Shown here piece after piece: positions 1-9,547 of a stretch of DNA of 64,000 bases (its first letter is position 1; each line of letters opens with the position of its first letter). Position numbers and translations under genes: made by a program. Source of the DNA: Pirellulales bacterium (lineage in GTDB: Bacteria > Planctomycetota > Planctomycetia > Pirellulales > PALSA-1355); NCBI GenBank assembly GCA_963733035.1, contig CAVTBU010000005.1, positions 1,280,001 to 1,344,000 of the forward strand, read 5' to 3'. The notes under the pieces are model-generated. The model had not been told where the DNA came from. It made no database searches and saw only the letters and a list, made by a program, of their open reading frames with translations.

Positions 1-305
1 TCGCACGTTTCGCGCACCAGCTCCACGCGGAGGTCCGACCGCACGGTCTTACGGTCTTCCGGCCCGGTCATCACCGTGCCATCAAAGCGAAATTGGATCA
101 TGCCCAATTCGGGCGAGTTTGTGAGGTGGAATGTGCACTGGGCATTGTAGAGAAAATAAGTATTGTGCGAGCCGTGCGATTCCAACGCGTTCTTGATGCG
201 TTCACACCGCTCGTGAAACGCGGGAGAAGCGTCCATCGGGATGTCGAGCCGTCCCACCGATCGCAACGGCAGGCAATCGAATTCGATATCGACGTAGTTG
301 CTCAT
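1..305 (-). CDS. Hypothetical protein, 3' end runs off the window
   Basis: Not in the ORF track. Manual translation from ATG at 305 gives MSNYVDIEFDCLPLRSVGRLDIPMDASPAFHERCERIKNALESHGSHNTYFLYNAQCTFHLTN..., open to the window edge. AAGGA RBS upstream; starts 36 bp after the stop of the preceding minus-strand gene. Confidence 0.8.
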   Translation of the reverse strand, partial: MSNYVDIEFDCLPLRSVGRLDIPMDASPAFHERCERIKNALESHGSHNTYFLYNAQCTFHLTNSPELGMIQFRFDGTVMTGPEDRKTVRSDLRVELVRETC

Positions 306-341
306 CGCACAAATCCTTGCTCTCGGTTCGTCCCGACCCGA

Positions 342-2501
342 TCATTTTGCAACTCGAGTCACGCGATCGCTCGGAGGATTCGCATCGCCTGGCTTTTCGT
401 CTTCCTCGGGTGGAGCGGGCACGCCGCTTTCGAGCCAGGCCAGCACCAACCAGCCACCACTGACCTCAAGCTGTTTTGTATCGAGAATGCCCGCCTGTCG
501 CCAGCGGCCCGGTAAAATCAATCCGTCATATTTCACCTCGGGCTCAAAGAGCTTGCCAAATCGCTTTTCCAACAGCGTCCGCAAGGTAATCTCGCGGCCC
601 GAGAGTCGACGCGGCTTGCCGGGTGGCACGATCGTTAGATCGCCTTGACGCGTGAGCTGGATTCCGTGAATTCCTTGCTGGTCGGGTTCACTCACCTTGA
701 TTTTATAGTCCGCTGTGACGTTCATGGCGCGGAAGTCCTGATCGCCGGATGTGTACCGTTGGCCGCGGATCGTGATCTGGATTCCGTCGTCGGCAAACTT
801 GACGCTGACCGGTTGGCTGCGAGCGAAGGTAATCGACCAGGGGTCGCGGTCTTCATCGCTTTCCAGCGACTCGGGCAGCGAGCCGCGCAGCTCGATGATT
901 CGCTCTTGCAGAGCTTCTTCTTCAAGCGTCACGCCGCCCAGGAGCGCCGCTGCCAGATTGTTGATCATGGACTCGTGAATTTGCACCGCGACGTCGTTGT
1001 CGACGCTAATTGCCGGCGGACTTGTGGGGGCCGCAATCTGACTGCGATCGGCCGCTAGCACGTCGAGCAGCAAGTTCTGCTCCGTCGTGCGCAATTTCAA
1101 CTCAGGGAATTCGCGCCGGCGGATCAGGGGATTGCGAATCTTGCGGTGATAGTTCGCGTGCGCTTCGGCCATCTGCTCGTTGATTTGCTTGTCCATTCGC
1201 AAGCGTACTCGATCCGCCGCATGATCCGCCGCGATTCGTTCGGCTTGCGACTTCTGTTCACCCACTCGCCGCGAGGCGACGCGTTGCACCAGGCCCGAGC
1301 CACCAATTCCAGTGACGAGCGTATTGGTGTTCGCCGCGGCCGTGGCCGGATAGCTGGCGAAGCCCTTGTCGTCGATTACGATCCGCTTTCGCCCGGCGAT
1401 GGCGGTAGCGCCGTTGGAGTAAATAGTCGCCGGTCCGTTCAGTCCGACCGTGCGACTCGTCACGACGCCGGAAAGCAGCGTATCGAGCTTTGCATTGTTC
1501 TCGCTGGGCACTAGCTTGACGGTAACCGTGCCGACCATGTGCCCGTTGCCGTTGATGTTGGTACCGAGGATGTAGTCGTGCACCGGGGTCAGCTCGTCGA
1601 GCGGCTGTTCGATGCCGGCGGCAACCAGTCGCTCCGATGCGACTACTTGCAAGTTTGGTCGCGACAGCTGCTCGCGAATGACGCGAATCAGCACCGGCAC
1701 CTGATTTCGGGCCTGCAACCAACCGAGCCGCGTACCAATCGCGGTGGCTGTTTCTTCCGTGGGCTCCTGGGCATATTGCTCAAGCGCGGCGGAAAGGCTT
1801 TTGATTTGCTCGACGAACTGGTCGTGAAAGTCGCTACTGTGCGACGCCAGTTCGCTGACATACCGTTCAACGGCATCGGCGGTATTGGTGAAGATCGGCA
1901 TCTCGAGTCCGACCTGATCGGCCGTCAACTTGTGATAGACCGCGGCCAGCACGTCGACGTCGGGTTTCTCGGCCTTGAGTTGCGCTTGAAGATCTTGCCA
2001 CTGAAGATACTTCTTCCAGGCGGCGCCATTTGCACCAGTCAGGTAGTCGCCCAACTTGCCGGCCGTGGTTTCAAGCGCTGCCTTGGAGGCCTTCAGATCG
2101 GCTTCGGTAATGGGACGAAAGTTTGCTTCCGCTTGCAATGTGGCTTGCGCCAAACTCGGCGCTTGCAGCACGCGCAGTTCGTCGATCCAATCGGCCAACG
2201 CCCTGCGAAGGGTTACAAATCGCGGCAATTCGAGCCCCGCCGCATCGCTCTGGAGCTTCGCCGCGACCCCTTCCAACGTTTCCAGATCGGCCTCTTTGCC
2301 CTTTGCGAGCTGCTCCCGCAGTGCTGGCAGATTCAGATACTGCGACCAACCATCGGCCGTCGCGCCCGTGCCCAGCCAATCGTCGAGGTTGGTCAAAGCA
2401 TGCTGAACATCTTCGGGAGTTTCAGCGATTGCCGCTTGTGCGAAAGATACGCAGCTTATGAGAATCGTCGCGACTGCGAGGAACCGAGCTTGGGTTCGCA
2501 T
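342..2501 (-). CDS. Large secreted hypothetical protein (~719 aa) with an internal helical duplication and a beta-rich C-terminal half
   Basis: Long ORF. Start moved to ATG 2501 (MRTQARF...), which follows a GGAGG RBS and begins a signal peptide ending AQAAIA. Confidence 0.85.
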   Translation of the reverse strand: MRTQARFLAVATILISCVSFAQAAIAETPEDVQHALTNLDDWLGTGATADGWSQYLNLPALREQLAKGKEADLETLEGVAAKLQSDAAGLELPRFVTLRRALADWIDELRVLQAPSLAQATLQAEANFRPITEADLKASKAALETTAGKLGDYLTGANGAAWKKYLQWQDLQAQLKAEKPDVDVLAAVYHKLTADQVGLEMPIFTNTADAVERYVSELASHSSDFHDQFVEQIKSLSAALEQYAQEPTEETATAIGTRLGWLQARNQVPVLIRVIREQLSRPNLQVVASERLVAAGIEQPLDELTPVHDYILGTNINGNGHMVGTVTVKLVPSENNAKLDTLLSGVVTSRTVGLNGPATIYSNGATAIAGRKRIVIDDKGFASYPATAAANTNTLVTGIGGSGLVQRVASRRVGEQKSQAERIAADHAADRVRLRMDKQINEQMAEAHANYHRKIRNPLIRRREFPELKLRTTEQNLLLDVLAADRSQIAAPTSPPAISVDNDVAVQIHESMINNLAAALLGGVTLEEEALQERIIELRGSLPESLESDEDRDPWSITFARSQPVSVKFADDGIQITIRGQRYTSGDQDFRAMNVTADYKIKVSEPDQQGIHGIQLTRQGDLTIVPPGKPRRLSGREITLRTLLEKRFGKLFEPEVKYDGLILPGRWRQAGILDTKQLEVSGGWLVLAWLESGVPAPPEEDEKPGDANPPSDRVTRVAK

Positions 2502-2905
2502 GGCAAACCTCCTTGATTGGTGGGGCTCCGTGGTCTCCCGGGGCCTCTTTGATAACACAAAAGGCCTTAAATGACCACATCTTAAGTGCGTCAGACGATC
2601 CTCCCATCCAAGCTCGCCGATACCTTGTGATCGACTAAGTAATCGCAAGTTCACATGTTTTTTCATTTGATTTGATCGATAACTTTTGCGTAATCCACAA
2701 AAAGCCCCCAATCAGCCCATTGCTTGGACCGGAACGATTTGCCCACAATACCGGTCCAAATTTGTTCCCACAAGCAACCCACCCCCGAACCTGCAAAGTT
2801 GTCGGACTGGCGCAAGGGAAACCCAGTCCAGCGTGTCTCCGCACATAGAGCGAAACACGTTCCGTTTTTCACCTTGGAAGTGCTACCTGGAGGAGGACCT
2901 GGAAA

Positions 2906-4015
2906 ATGGTTCGAGGATTGTTCCTGCTGTTACTAGGGTTCGTTACCAGTGCAAATGTCGCCGTTGGCCGACTTGCCGATCGGCCGATGCCGGGCATCGA
3001 CGAACCAATCGCGCGCGTGCCGCAATCGATTTTGTTCCCGGATCTGGCGGTCCGCGACCTGCTAGCTGACAGCAAGCCGGCACCGCCGGTAGCAGCGCCA
3101 GCCGTGGAAGAGGTCAAGACGGGAGCCTCGGCGGAAGAGAGCCGCGACGGCCAGATCGCGACAACCTCGCACGAACAAAACGAACCGGCGAATTCCAATC
3201 CGGTCAAGGCCGCCACGCTCGACACGCGACGCATTCACACCGACTATCAGCAGGCGATGGAGGAAGCGAGCGAAAGCCGCAAGATGCTGTTCATCTACTT
3301 TCACGACTCGGGGATGACCGCCGCACGGCGTGCCTTCGAAACCCAAACCCTGCCGACGCTCGAAATCCAGGAGAAGCTGAACCGGTACGTGTATTTGGAG
3401 TTGCCAGTCAACGCCGAAGTCCAAATGGATGGCCAGCCGGTTACCCTCCTGAAGCACGCGGCGTTTGCCGAAATGCTTGGCCGATCGGGCATCGCAATTG
3501 TTGACCTGGCGCACGAACGGGCCGACTACTACGGACACGTCGTCAGCACCTTTCCATTCACACCCGGCAAGTATTACCGAAGCGAAGCGCTGTCGATCAT
3601 CTTGGATCTACCCCCCGGCACGCTCACTCAGCGCACGATGATTTATGCGGTACGTATTCATCCGGAGGCCCCGCGGAGTACCCAGGGACAATTCCACATG
3701 GTACTTGCCGACGAGGCGAAATCGCACGCCGACTACCAGGCATCCATCCAGGTGCAAGGCCACCACAGTTGGGAATCGAGGTTCCATCGGATCAACGCGA
3801 AGCTGCCCAACAATGCGCTGGCCCAGGAGGTTGTCGCCGAAAGTTGGCCCAACGAAAACCTGGTCGAAGCTTGCGTCGATTGCGTTGACAGCTGGCGGCA
3901 CAGCCCAGGCCACTGGAGCGCGGTCCGCTCGCGGCATCCGCTGTTCGGCTACGACATCAAGCGCGGACGCAACGGCATCTGGTATGCCACGGGAATCTTT
4001 GGTCGCTTTCATTAG
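2906..4015 (+). CDS. Secreted protein with a thioredoxin-like domain (no CxxC) and a C-terminal CAP/SCP-like domain
   Basis: GGAGGAGG RBS; signal peptide; DYQQAMEEASESRKMLFIYF resembles a thioredoxin-like fold start; EVVAESW...CVDSWRHSPGHW resembles CAP motifs. Confidence 0.75.
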   Translation: MVRGLFLLLLGFVTSANVAVGRLADRPMPGIDEPIARVPQSILFPDLAVRDLLADSKPAPPVAAPAVEEVKTGASAEESRDGQIATTSHEQNEPANSNPVKAATLDTRRIHTDYQQAMEEASESRKMLFIYFHDSGMTAARRAFETQTLPTLEIQEKLNRYVYLELPVNAEVQMDGQPVTLLKHAAFAEMLGRSGIAIVDLAHERADYYGHVVSTFPFTPGKYYRSEALSIILDLPPGTLTQRTMIYAVRIHPEAPRSTQGQFHMVLADEAKSHADYQASIQVQGHHSWESRFHRINAKLPNNALAQEVVAESWPNENLVEACVDCVDSWRHSPGHWSAVRSRHPLFGYDIKRGRNGIWYATGIFGRFH

Positions 4016-4049
4016 CCGCCCGTCGTTGCCCTCGGCTGCTTGACACCAC

Positions 4050-4095
4050 AACCCCCTCGGCCCAGCGAGTTCTCCGGGCCGAGGGGGTTCTTTTT
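4050..4095 (+). terminator. Intrinsic (rho-independent) terminator
   Basis: 14-bp stem AACCCCCTCGGCCC / GGGCCGAGGGGGTT followed by CTTTTT, about 35 bp after the stop at 4015. Confidence 0.85.
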
Positions 4096-4169
4096 GCGCT
4101 CGTGGCAGGTCGCCCACGCTCGCGCGGCTGTAACGGTCGTAACGCGCATGCCTGCGACGAAGACTCGCG

Positions 4170-4206
4170 CGTGTGGCGAAAAGGCATCGTGTGGCGAAAA
4201 GTGCAT
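4170..4206. repeat. Tandem direct repeat, two copies of about 18 bp
   Basis: CGTGTGGCGAAAAGGCAT directly followed by CGTGTGGCGAAAAGTGCAT, upstream of the DUF11 gene. Confidence 0.8.
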
Positions 4207-4264
4207 GGTACGTTTTCTATGAAGCGGAATTGTTTTCCCACCGCCCGAGCGGTGAACGGAGTCC

Positions 4265-6684
4265 ATGCGCACGCCTGCTCACAGTCTTGTCGAACTCGCG
4301 CTTGCCAGAAATCTAATCTGGATCATGCTTGGCTGCGCGCTGGTGGCGGTGGGCTGCGCCAATTGTCGAATTCCGAGGATCGATCCAACCGGCGAACGCC
4401 TCTTTGTCTGGGGCCAGCCGGCGGCATCCCCGGCCCTCTCGACGGCGCCGCCGTTTAATCCGACGCTCGCGCCAACCGCACCGGTGATGACAGCGCTCCG
4501 CCCGCGGCAGCCATTGGCGGCGCGCAGGTTCCGTCGCTGACACCCCTTGGTGCGCCGGGCTTAACCGTCAGTCCAAGCCAGGTGATCGCACCCATTGGCA
4601 GCGAGGTCGTGATGATCGCTACCGTCATCGCTGACGAAGGTTACCCGCTGACGCGAGAAAAAATCGAATGGATGCTCGACGCCGAAGGGCCCGGGCAGTT
4701 CGTCAGCCCTGGGGTGCGCCGACCCTGGGACCTGCTCAATTGTCTGCATCGCTATCCGAAGAAGATCTCGCCAATCTACGCGATCAATCGCACGCTAACG
4801 GCGCCCATGACGATCGACCGGGGAACGCCGACGGCGGCCGACGACATCAACGTGCAAGACGGGCAAGCCTGGGTGACCGTCACCGCTGCCAGCGAAGGAA
4901 CCAGTCACGTCACCGTCTTTGCACCCGAAGTCGACGGCTGGGACCGTCGTCAACAGTCGGCCACGATCTACTGGGTTGACGCCCAGTGGCGGTTTCCTGC
5001 CCCTGGCATCACGCCCGTGGGCGGCCGCAACACGCTTTCGACCGTCGTCACGCGACAGTCCGACGGGGCGCCACTGCCTGGTTGGGTCGTGCGATACGAC
5101 ATTACTGGGGGGCCGCCCGCCGTCTTTGCTCCCAATGGCACCACCAGCGTGGAAATTATCACCAACGCGTCGGGGGAAGCGCCTGCGGAAATTTATCAGG
5201 TGCAGTCGACCCCTGGTACAAATCAAATCCAGATGCAGGTGATTCGACCGCCCGGTGCCAACGGCCAGGGGCGACAATTGCCGGTCGGCACCGGAACGAC
5301 GCTACAAACATGGTCGTCGGGCGAAGCCGGCGCACCGTACAATCCGCCACCAGTGCAAACGCAGCCACCGGTCTTCACGCCAGTCCCCTCCGCGCCGACA
5401 CCGGCGCCCAGTCTGCAAGGCTCGCCGCCGGCAGGCCAGCCGAGCACGCCGCAACCTCAGCCAGCCGAACCCCAGGCACAAACGCCCACCCCCGCGCCCA
5501 AGGCGCTGCCGAAGCTGGAGGTAACGGTCAACGCGCCACCGCAGGCCGTGGTCGGCAGTGACGTGGACTTTGAGATCCAGGTGGCCAATCGTGGCAATGC
5601 CACGGCCACGGGGCTGCTCGTCACCGACCGGTTTGACGAAGGGCTGCAGCACTCGAGTGCCGGAGCCAATCAAGCCATCAAGCGCAGCCTAACCGACCTG
5701 CGGCCAGGTGAAACCAGTCGACTGGCGGTCACGTTCCATATCGGCAAGGCCGGCGAGTTGTGTCAAGAAGTGACGGTCACGGCCAACAGCATCGAGCCAA
5801 TTTCAACGCGCCGTTGCATCGCCGCCAACGAGTCGCCGCTGGCCGAACCACAGGTGACCGAACCGGCACCGGTCTCTCCAATCGCGCCCCAGCAACCCAC
5901 CCCGGCCGAATCGCCCGAGCCCACGCCGGCCGCCTCTCCCCTGACGGTTGTGAAGCAAGGTCCCCAGCGTCGAAACGTCGGCGAAACGGCCCTGTTCAGC
6001 ATCGAAGTCTCCAATCGCAGCGACCATGCGGTCAACAACATCGAGATTGCCGACAACTATGAAATCAGCCTGGAGCCGGTGCGTGCCACGGGTGGCTCTA
6101 CTTGGCTGCAAGGAAATGCCTTGGGATGGAAGATCGCGTCGCTTGAACCAGGACGCACGATCCGCCGCGAGATCGAGCTGAAGTGTCTGCGCGAAACGCC
6201 GCGGGCCTGCAATCGCGTCACCGTGACGGCCGACGAAATGGAAGCGATCGCCGACGAAGCCTGCCTCGAAATCGTGGGCGGCGACGCCGGAGCCCCCATG
6301 CCCACCCTGCCGGCCACCGGCACCGACCTCTCGGTAACCGCCGTTGAAACGGCCGACCCCATCCGGCTCAATGGGCAAACGACGTATCAGGTAATCCTCA
6401 CGAACAAGGGAGAATCCTCGGCCTTCGACGTCAAACTCGATGTGAAGTTCGGCGATGAGTTGCAATTGCTGCAGCACAGCGGCGGGTCGGTGCAGGGGTC
6501 GACCGTGGAGGGCGGTGTTCGATTTCCGGCCATTCGTGAACTGCGAGCGGGCGAAACACAAACCTTTGAATTGCGCTTCAAGGGCGTGCAAGCGGGGACG
6601 GGCAAAGTGCACGTCGAAGTCACCAGTCGCGGAATGAATATGCCCATTACGGCCGACCAGACAACCGAAGTTTTGGGGCCCTAA
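4265..6684 (+). CDS. DUF11 (Ig-like repeat) lipoprotein, frameshifted near 4495
   Basis: ORF 4265-4540 holds a lipoprotein signal (AVGC). The frame of ORF 4582-6684 is open back to 4459 and the two join with one extra base near 4495. Three DUF11-like repeats (e.g. VGSDVDFEIQVANRG, VGETALFSIEVSNRS, QTTYQVILTNKG) separated by Pro-rich linkers. Confidence 0.8.
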
Positions 6685-6814
6685 GGCTCGCCCCCACGAT
6701 CTCTCCGGCTGACCGCGAGCGATCGCGGCAAACGTGCTAAGATAACCCGACCGGTTTTCTTCGTCGCCTTTAGGCAACTGCCTGCACGTTTCCGCCAGCA
6801 CAAGATTGCCACCC

Positions 6815-7561
6815 ATGTCGAGCGAGAAGGCGACGGCCATCGTGCTGCGAGTGGTCGAGTTCAGCGAAAGCAGCAGCGTGGTCACGCTGTTCACACGCGA
6901 ATTCGGCAAGGTGCGGGCCTTGGCTAAGGGGGCCCGGCGCCCCAAGGGCCCCTTCGAGTCTGCCCTTGACCTCCTGGCCATGTGTCGCGTAGTGTTCCTC
7001 CGCAAATCGTCCGATTCCCTGGACCTGTTGACCGAAGCCAAGCTCGAGCGGCGGTTTCGGCCGCCGGGTGGCAACCTACCGAGTTTGTATGCAGCCTACT
7101 ACGTGGCGGAACTGTTGAATGAGCTGACCGACGACTATGATCCCCATGCCGGCCTGTTCGATGCGGCCAACGAGACGCTGGAATTGTTGGCTGCTGGCCA
7201 GGGAGCGGCAGATTCGTTGGTGCGATTCGAGCTAGCGGCGCTACGGGAAATTGGACATTTGCCGACACTCGATGCGTGCGCCAATTGCGGCCGCCCACTC
7301 GAGACGACCGGCCGCGTGCCGTTCAGCCAGCTGGCTGGCGGAGCGCTATGCAAAACATGTCGCGTGGGTCAAAAACAAGTCATTTCCATTAGCCCTCAAA
7401 CCTTTGAGGCCCTGAAGCAATTTGCCACCGAGGGCGCCCAACCGTCCGCGTTGGATGCCCGCGTATACGGAGAGTTGCGGGGCGTATTGAATCACTACTG
7501 GACACATCTCCTCGGACGTCCACCGAGGATGCAGCGCTGGCTCTCGCCGGCGGGTCATTAA
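6815..7561 (+). CDS. recO: DNA repair protein RecO
   Basis: AIVLRVVEFSESS-VVTLFTREFGKVRALAKGARR OB-fold start; CANC...CKTC zinc finger. Confidence 0.95.
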   Translation: MSSEKATAIVLRVVEFSESSSVVTLFTREFGKVRALAKGARRPKGPFESALDLLAMCRVVFLRKSSDSLDLLTEAKLERRFRPPGGNLPSLYAAYYVAELLNELTDDYDPHAGLFDAANETLELLAAGQGAADSLVRFELAALREIGHLPTLDACANCGRPLETTGRVPFSQLAGGALCKTCRVGQKQVISISPQTFEALKQFATEGAQPSALDARVYGELRGVLNHYWTHLLGRPPRMQRWLSPAGH

Positions 7562-7585
7562 TCCATTGATAGTAACGCAGGCGCA

Positions 7586-8926
7586 ATGCATGCTGGCCGA
7601 AGGCGCAAATTGACGATCCTTGCCGTGTGCCTGTTGTTGGCCGTCGGCTGCGCGCTGACGAACGACAAGCCCAAGGTCGCTAAGTCGCCGCTGACCGCCG
7701 AACAGGCAAAATGGTGGGCCGACAACCGGCACCGCGCATCCTACGTTAAGGGAAAAGGTTATTACGTCGAGGGAACGAGCGGGTTCTTCGACCACGACGG
7801 TCACCGCGTTTCAAATGATTTGGGCAGCTTGGTCGAGAAGGACGACCGTGGGGTTTTGGCCAGACTGGCTCCCAAGAGTCTGATGGCCGACGCGAAGAAG
7901 GCCGTTGGAAAAGGTCCCAATGAACAAGTCGCTCGCCAGGCGCTCGCCGAAGGCGACTCGCTGTTTCGACAGAAGAAGTACAAACAGGCGGCCGACGCCT
8001 ATCGCACGGCGTACAAACGATGGCCCGACTCTCCGTTGGAGGAGGAAGCCATCTTCAAGGCGGGTGAAAGCGAATTTTTTGCCGATCGCTACGTCAAGGC
8101 CGAAGACGAATACGCGCTGCTGGTCAAGAAATTCCAGTCAACTCAGTACCTCAGCCAGATTACCGAACGTCGCTTTGCCATCGGCCGCTACTGGGAAGCC
8201 AAGGATCGGGCCAACCCCAAGTTCGTTCTGGTTCCAAACCTTACCGACAAGACCTTGCCGCGTTTTGACACCGGCGGTCATGCATTGCGGGAATACGAAA
8301 AAGTCCGGCTCGACGATCCGATCGGTCCTCGCGCCGACGACGCCGTCATGGCCACCGCCAACGCCTACTTCCTGAAAGGTCGCTGGGACGACGCCGACTA
8401 CCACTACGGGTTGTTGCGTTCCGAATTCCCCAAGAGCGAGCACCAGTATCAGGCTCACCTGCTGGGATTACGCTGCGCGCTGTTACGCTATCAGGGACCG
8501 CAATACGACGGCACGCAGCTGGATGAGGCCGAGGATTTGGCCACCCAATTGCTGACTCAGTTTCCGCAAGATCTGGGCGAAGACCGCGAACGCGTGGTCC
8601 GGGTCCGGGCCGATGTCCGCACGCAGCGCGCTCTGCGTGAATGGGAAATGGCCGAGTTCTACGCCAAGAACGAATACTACGGCGCCGCCCGGCATTACTA
8701 TGCCAAAGTGATCGACGAGTTCCCCGAGACCAAGCTCGCCGAATTGTCGCATGAGCGAGTCAACGACTTCAAAGCCGAGCCCGCGAACCCCACGCCTCCC
8801 TTCGAGTGGTTGGTGAAATGGCTGCCCGAGTCCAAGAAAGGCGGCCCCAATGTCACGCCCACGATTCCCTCGTCGGTGGGAACATCCGCCGTGGCACAAG
8901 GCGGCGATGGTTCGATCAACAGGTAG
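7586..8926 (+). CDS. bamD: TPR lipoprotein, outer membrane assembly factor BamD-like
   Basis: Lipobox LAVGC; multiple TPR helices; C-terminal AEFYAKNEYYGAARHYYAKVIDEFPET typical of BamD. Confidence 0.75.
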   Translation: MHAGRRRKLTILAVCLLLAVGCALTNDKPKVAKSPLTAEQAKWWADNRHRASYVKGKGYYVEGTSGFFDHDGHRVSNDLGSLVEKDDRGVLARLAPKSLMADAKKAVGKGPNEQVARQALAEGDSLFRQKKYKQAADAYRTAYKRWPDSPLEEEAIFKAGESEFFADRYVKAEDEYALLVKKFQSTQYLSQITERRFAIGRYWEAKDRANPKFVLVPNLTDKTLPRFDTGGHALREYEKVRLDDPIGPRADDAVMATANAYFLKGRWDDADYHYGLLRSEFPKSEHQYQAHLLGLRCALLRYQGPQYDGTQLDEAEDLATQLLTQFPQDLGEDRERVVRVRADVRTQRALREWEMAEFYAKNEYYGAARHYYAKVIDEFPETKLAELSHERVNDFKAEPANPTPPFEWLVKWLPESKKGGPNVTPTIPSSVGTSAVAQGGDGSINR

Positions 8927-8941
8927 CCGGGACGCAACATC

Positions 8942-9538
8942 GTGAACAACGTCGCTCCAATTCGCGTGCCTGCAAACGCACCTTGCGGAGAGTTTCTCGC
9001 TACGCGCCGCCGGGCTTTGCAATCGCTGGGCGGCACGCTGGCGGTCGCCATGCTCTCGCTAACCGGCTGCGCCGCCTACCGCTTTGGATCCGCGTCGCTC
9101 TATCCGCCAGACATTCAAACGGTATACGTGCCGGTATTTGAGTCGGACAGTTTCCGCCGCAACCTGGCAGAGTTCTTGACCGAGGCCGTGGCGAAAGAAA
9201 TTGAATTGAAAACACCGTACAAGGTCGTCGGCACTCCCCAGGCCGATAGCGTCCTATCGGGCAAAATCACCACCGATACCAAACGGGTGATCATCGAAGA
9301 TAAATATGACTATCCTCGTGAAACGCAAGTGAACATGTCGGTTGAGGTCCGCTGGGTGAATCGCAAGGGAGACCAGATCAATCAGGCAGGTACCATTCCC
9401 CTTCCCCAAAACCTGGTCACGATCAGCGGCGACGGAGTTTTGATACCTGAATACGGTCAGTCGGTGGCAACCGCCCAGTTGATGGCCATTCAACGGCTCT
9501 CGGCGCAGATCGTGTCGCTGATGGAAATGCCGTGGTAA
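8942..9538 (+). CDS. lptE: LptE-family LPS assembly lipoprotein
   Basis: Lipobox LTGC then YRFG; IQTVYVPVFESDSFRRNL...LTEAV...ADSVLSGKI pattern; adjacent to the bamD-like gene. Confidence 0.75.
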   Translation: MNNVAPIRVPANAPCGEFLATRRRALQSLGGTLAVAMLSLTGCAAYRFGSASLYPPDIQTVYVPVFESDSFRRNLAEFLTEAVAKEIELKTPYKVVGTPQADSVLSGKITTDTKRVIIEDKYDYPRETQVNMSVEVRWVNRKGDQINQAGTIPLPQNLVTISGDGVLIPEYGQSVATAQLMAIQRLSAQIVSLMEMPW

Positions 9539-9547
9539 GCTGGCGAG

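Noticed and set aside
2502..2711. N-terminal extensions in the ORF track (also at 16989, 26251, 30213, 30300, 39412, 40516, 49604 and 53180)
   Set aside because: Downstream starts fit RBS, signal peptide or family N-terminus better; several extensions overlap neighbouring genes.
4170..4206. Repeat as a CRISPR remnant or sigma54 site
   Set aside because: Only two abutting copies, no spacer, no cas genes; GG-to-GC spacing is not 10 nt.
5330..5510. Pro/Gln-rich low-complexity tract as a DNA repeat element
   Set aside because: It is an in-frame protein linker with no exact nucleotide periodicity.
5803..7074. 423-aa minus-strand ORF, and similar ones at 1539-2516, 33675-35018, 44347-45612 and 55035-56141
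   Set aside because: They overlap well-supported genes on the other strand or frame and show no recognisable domains.
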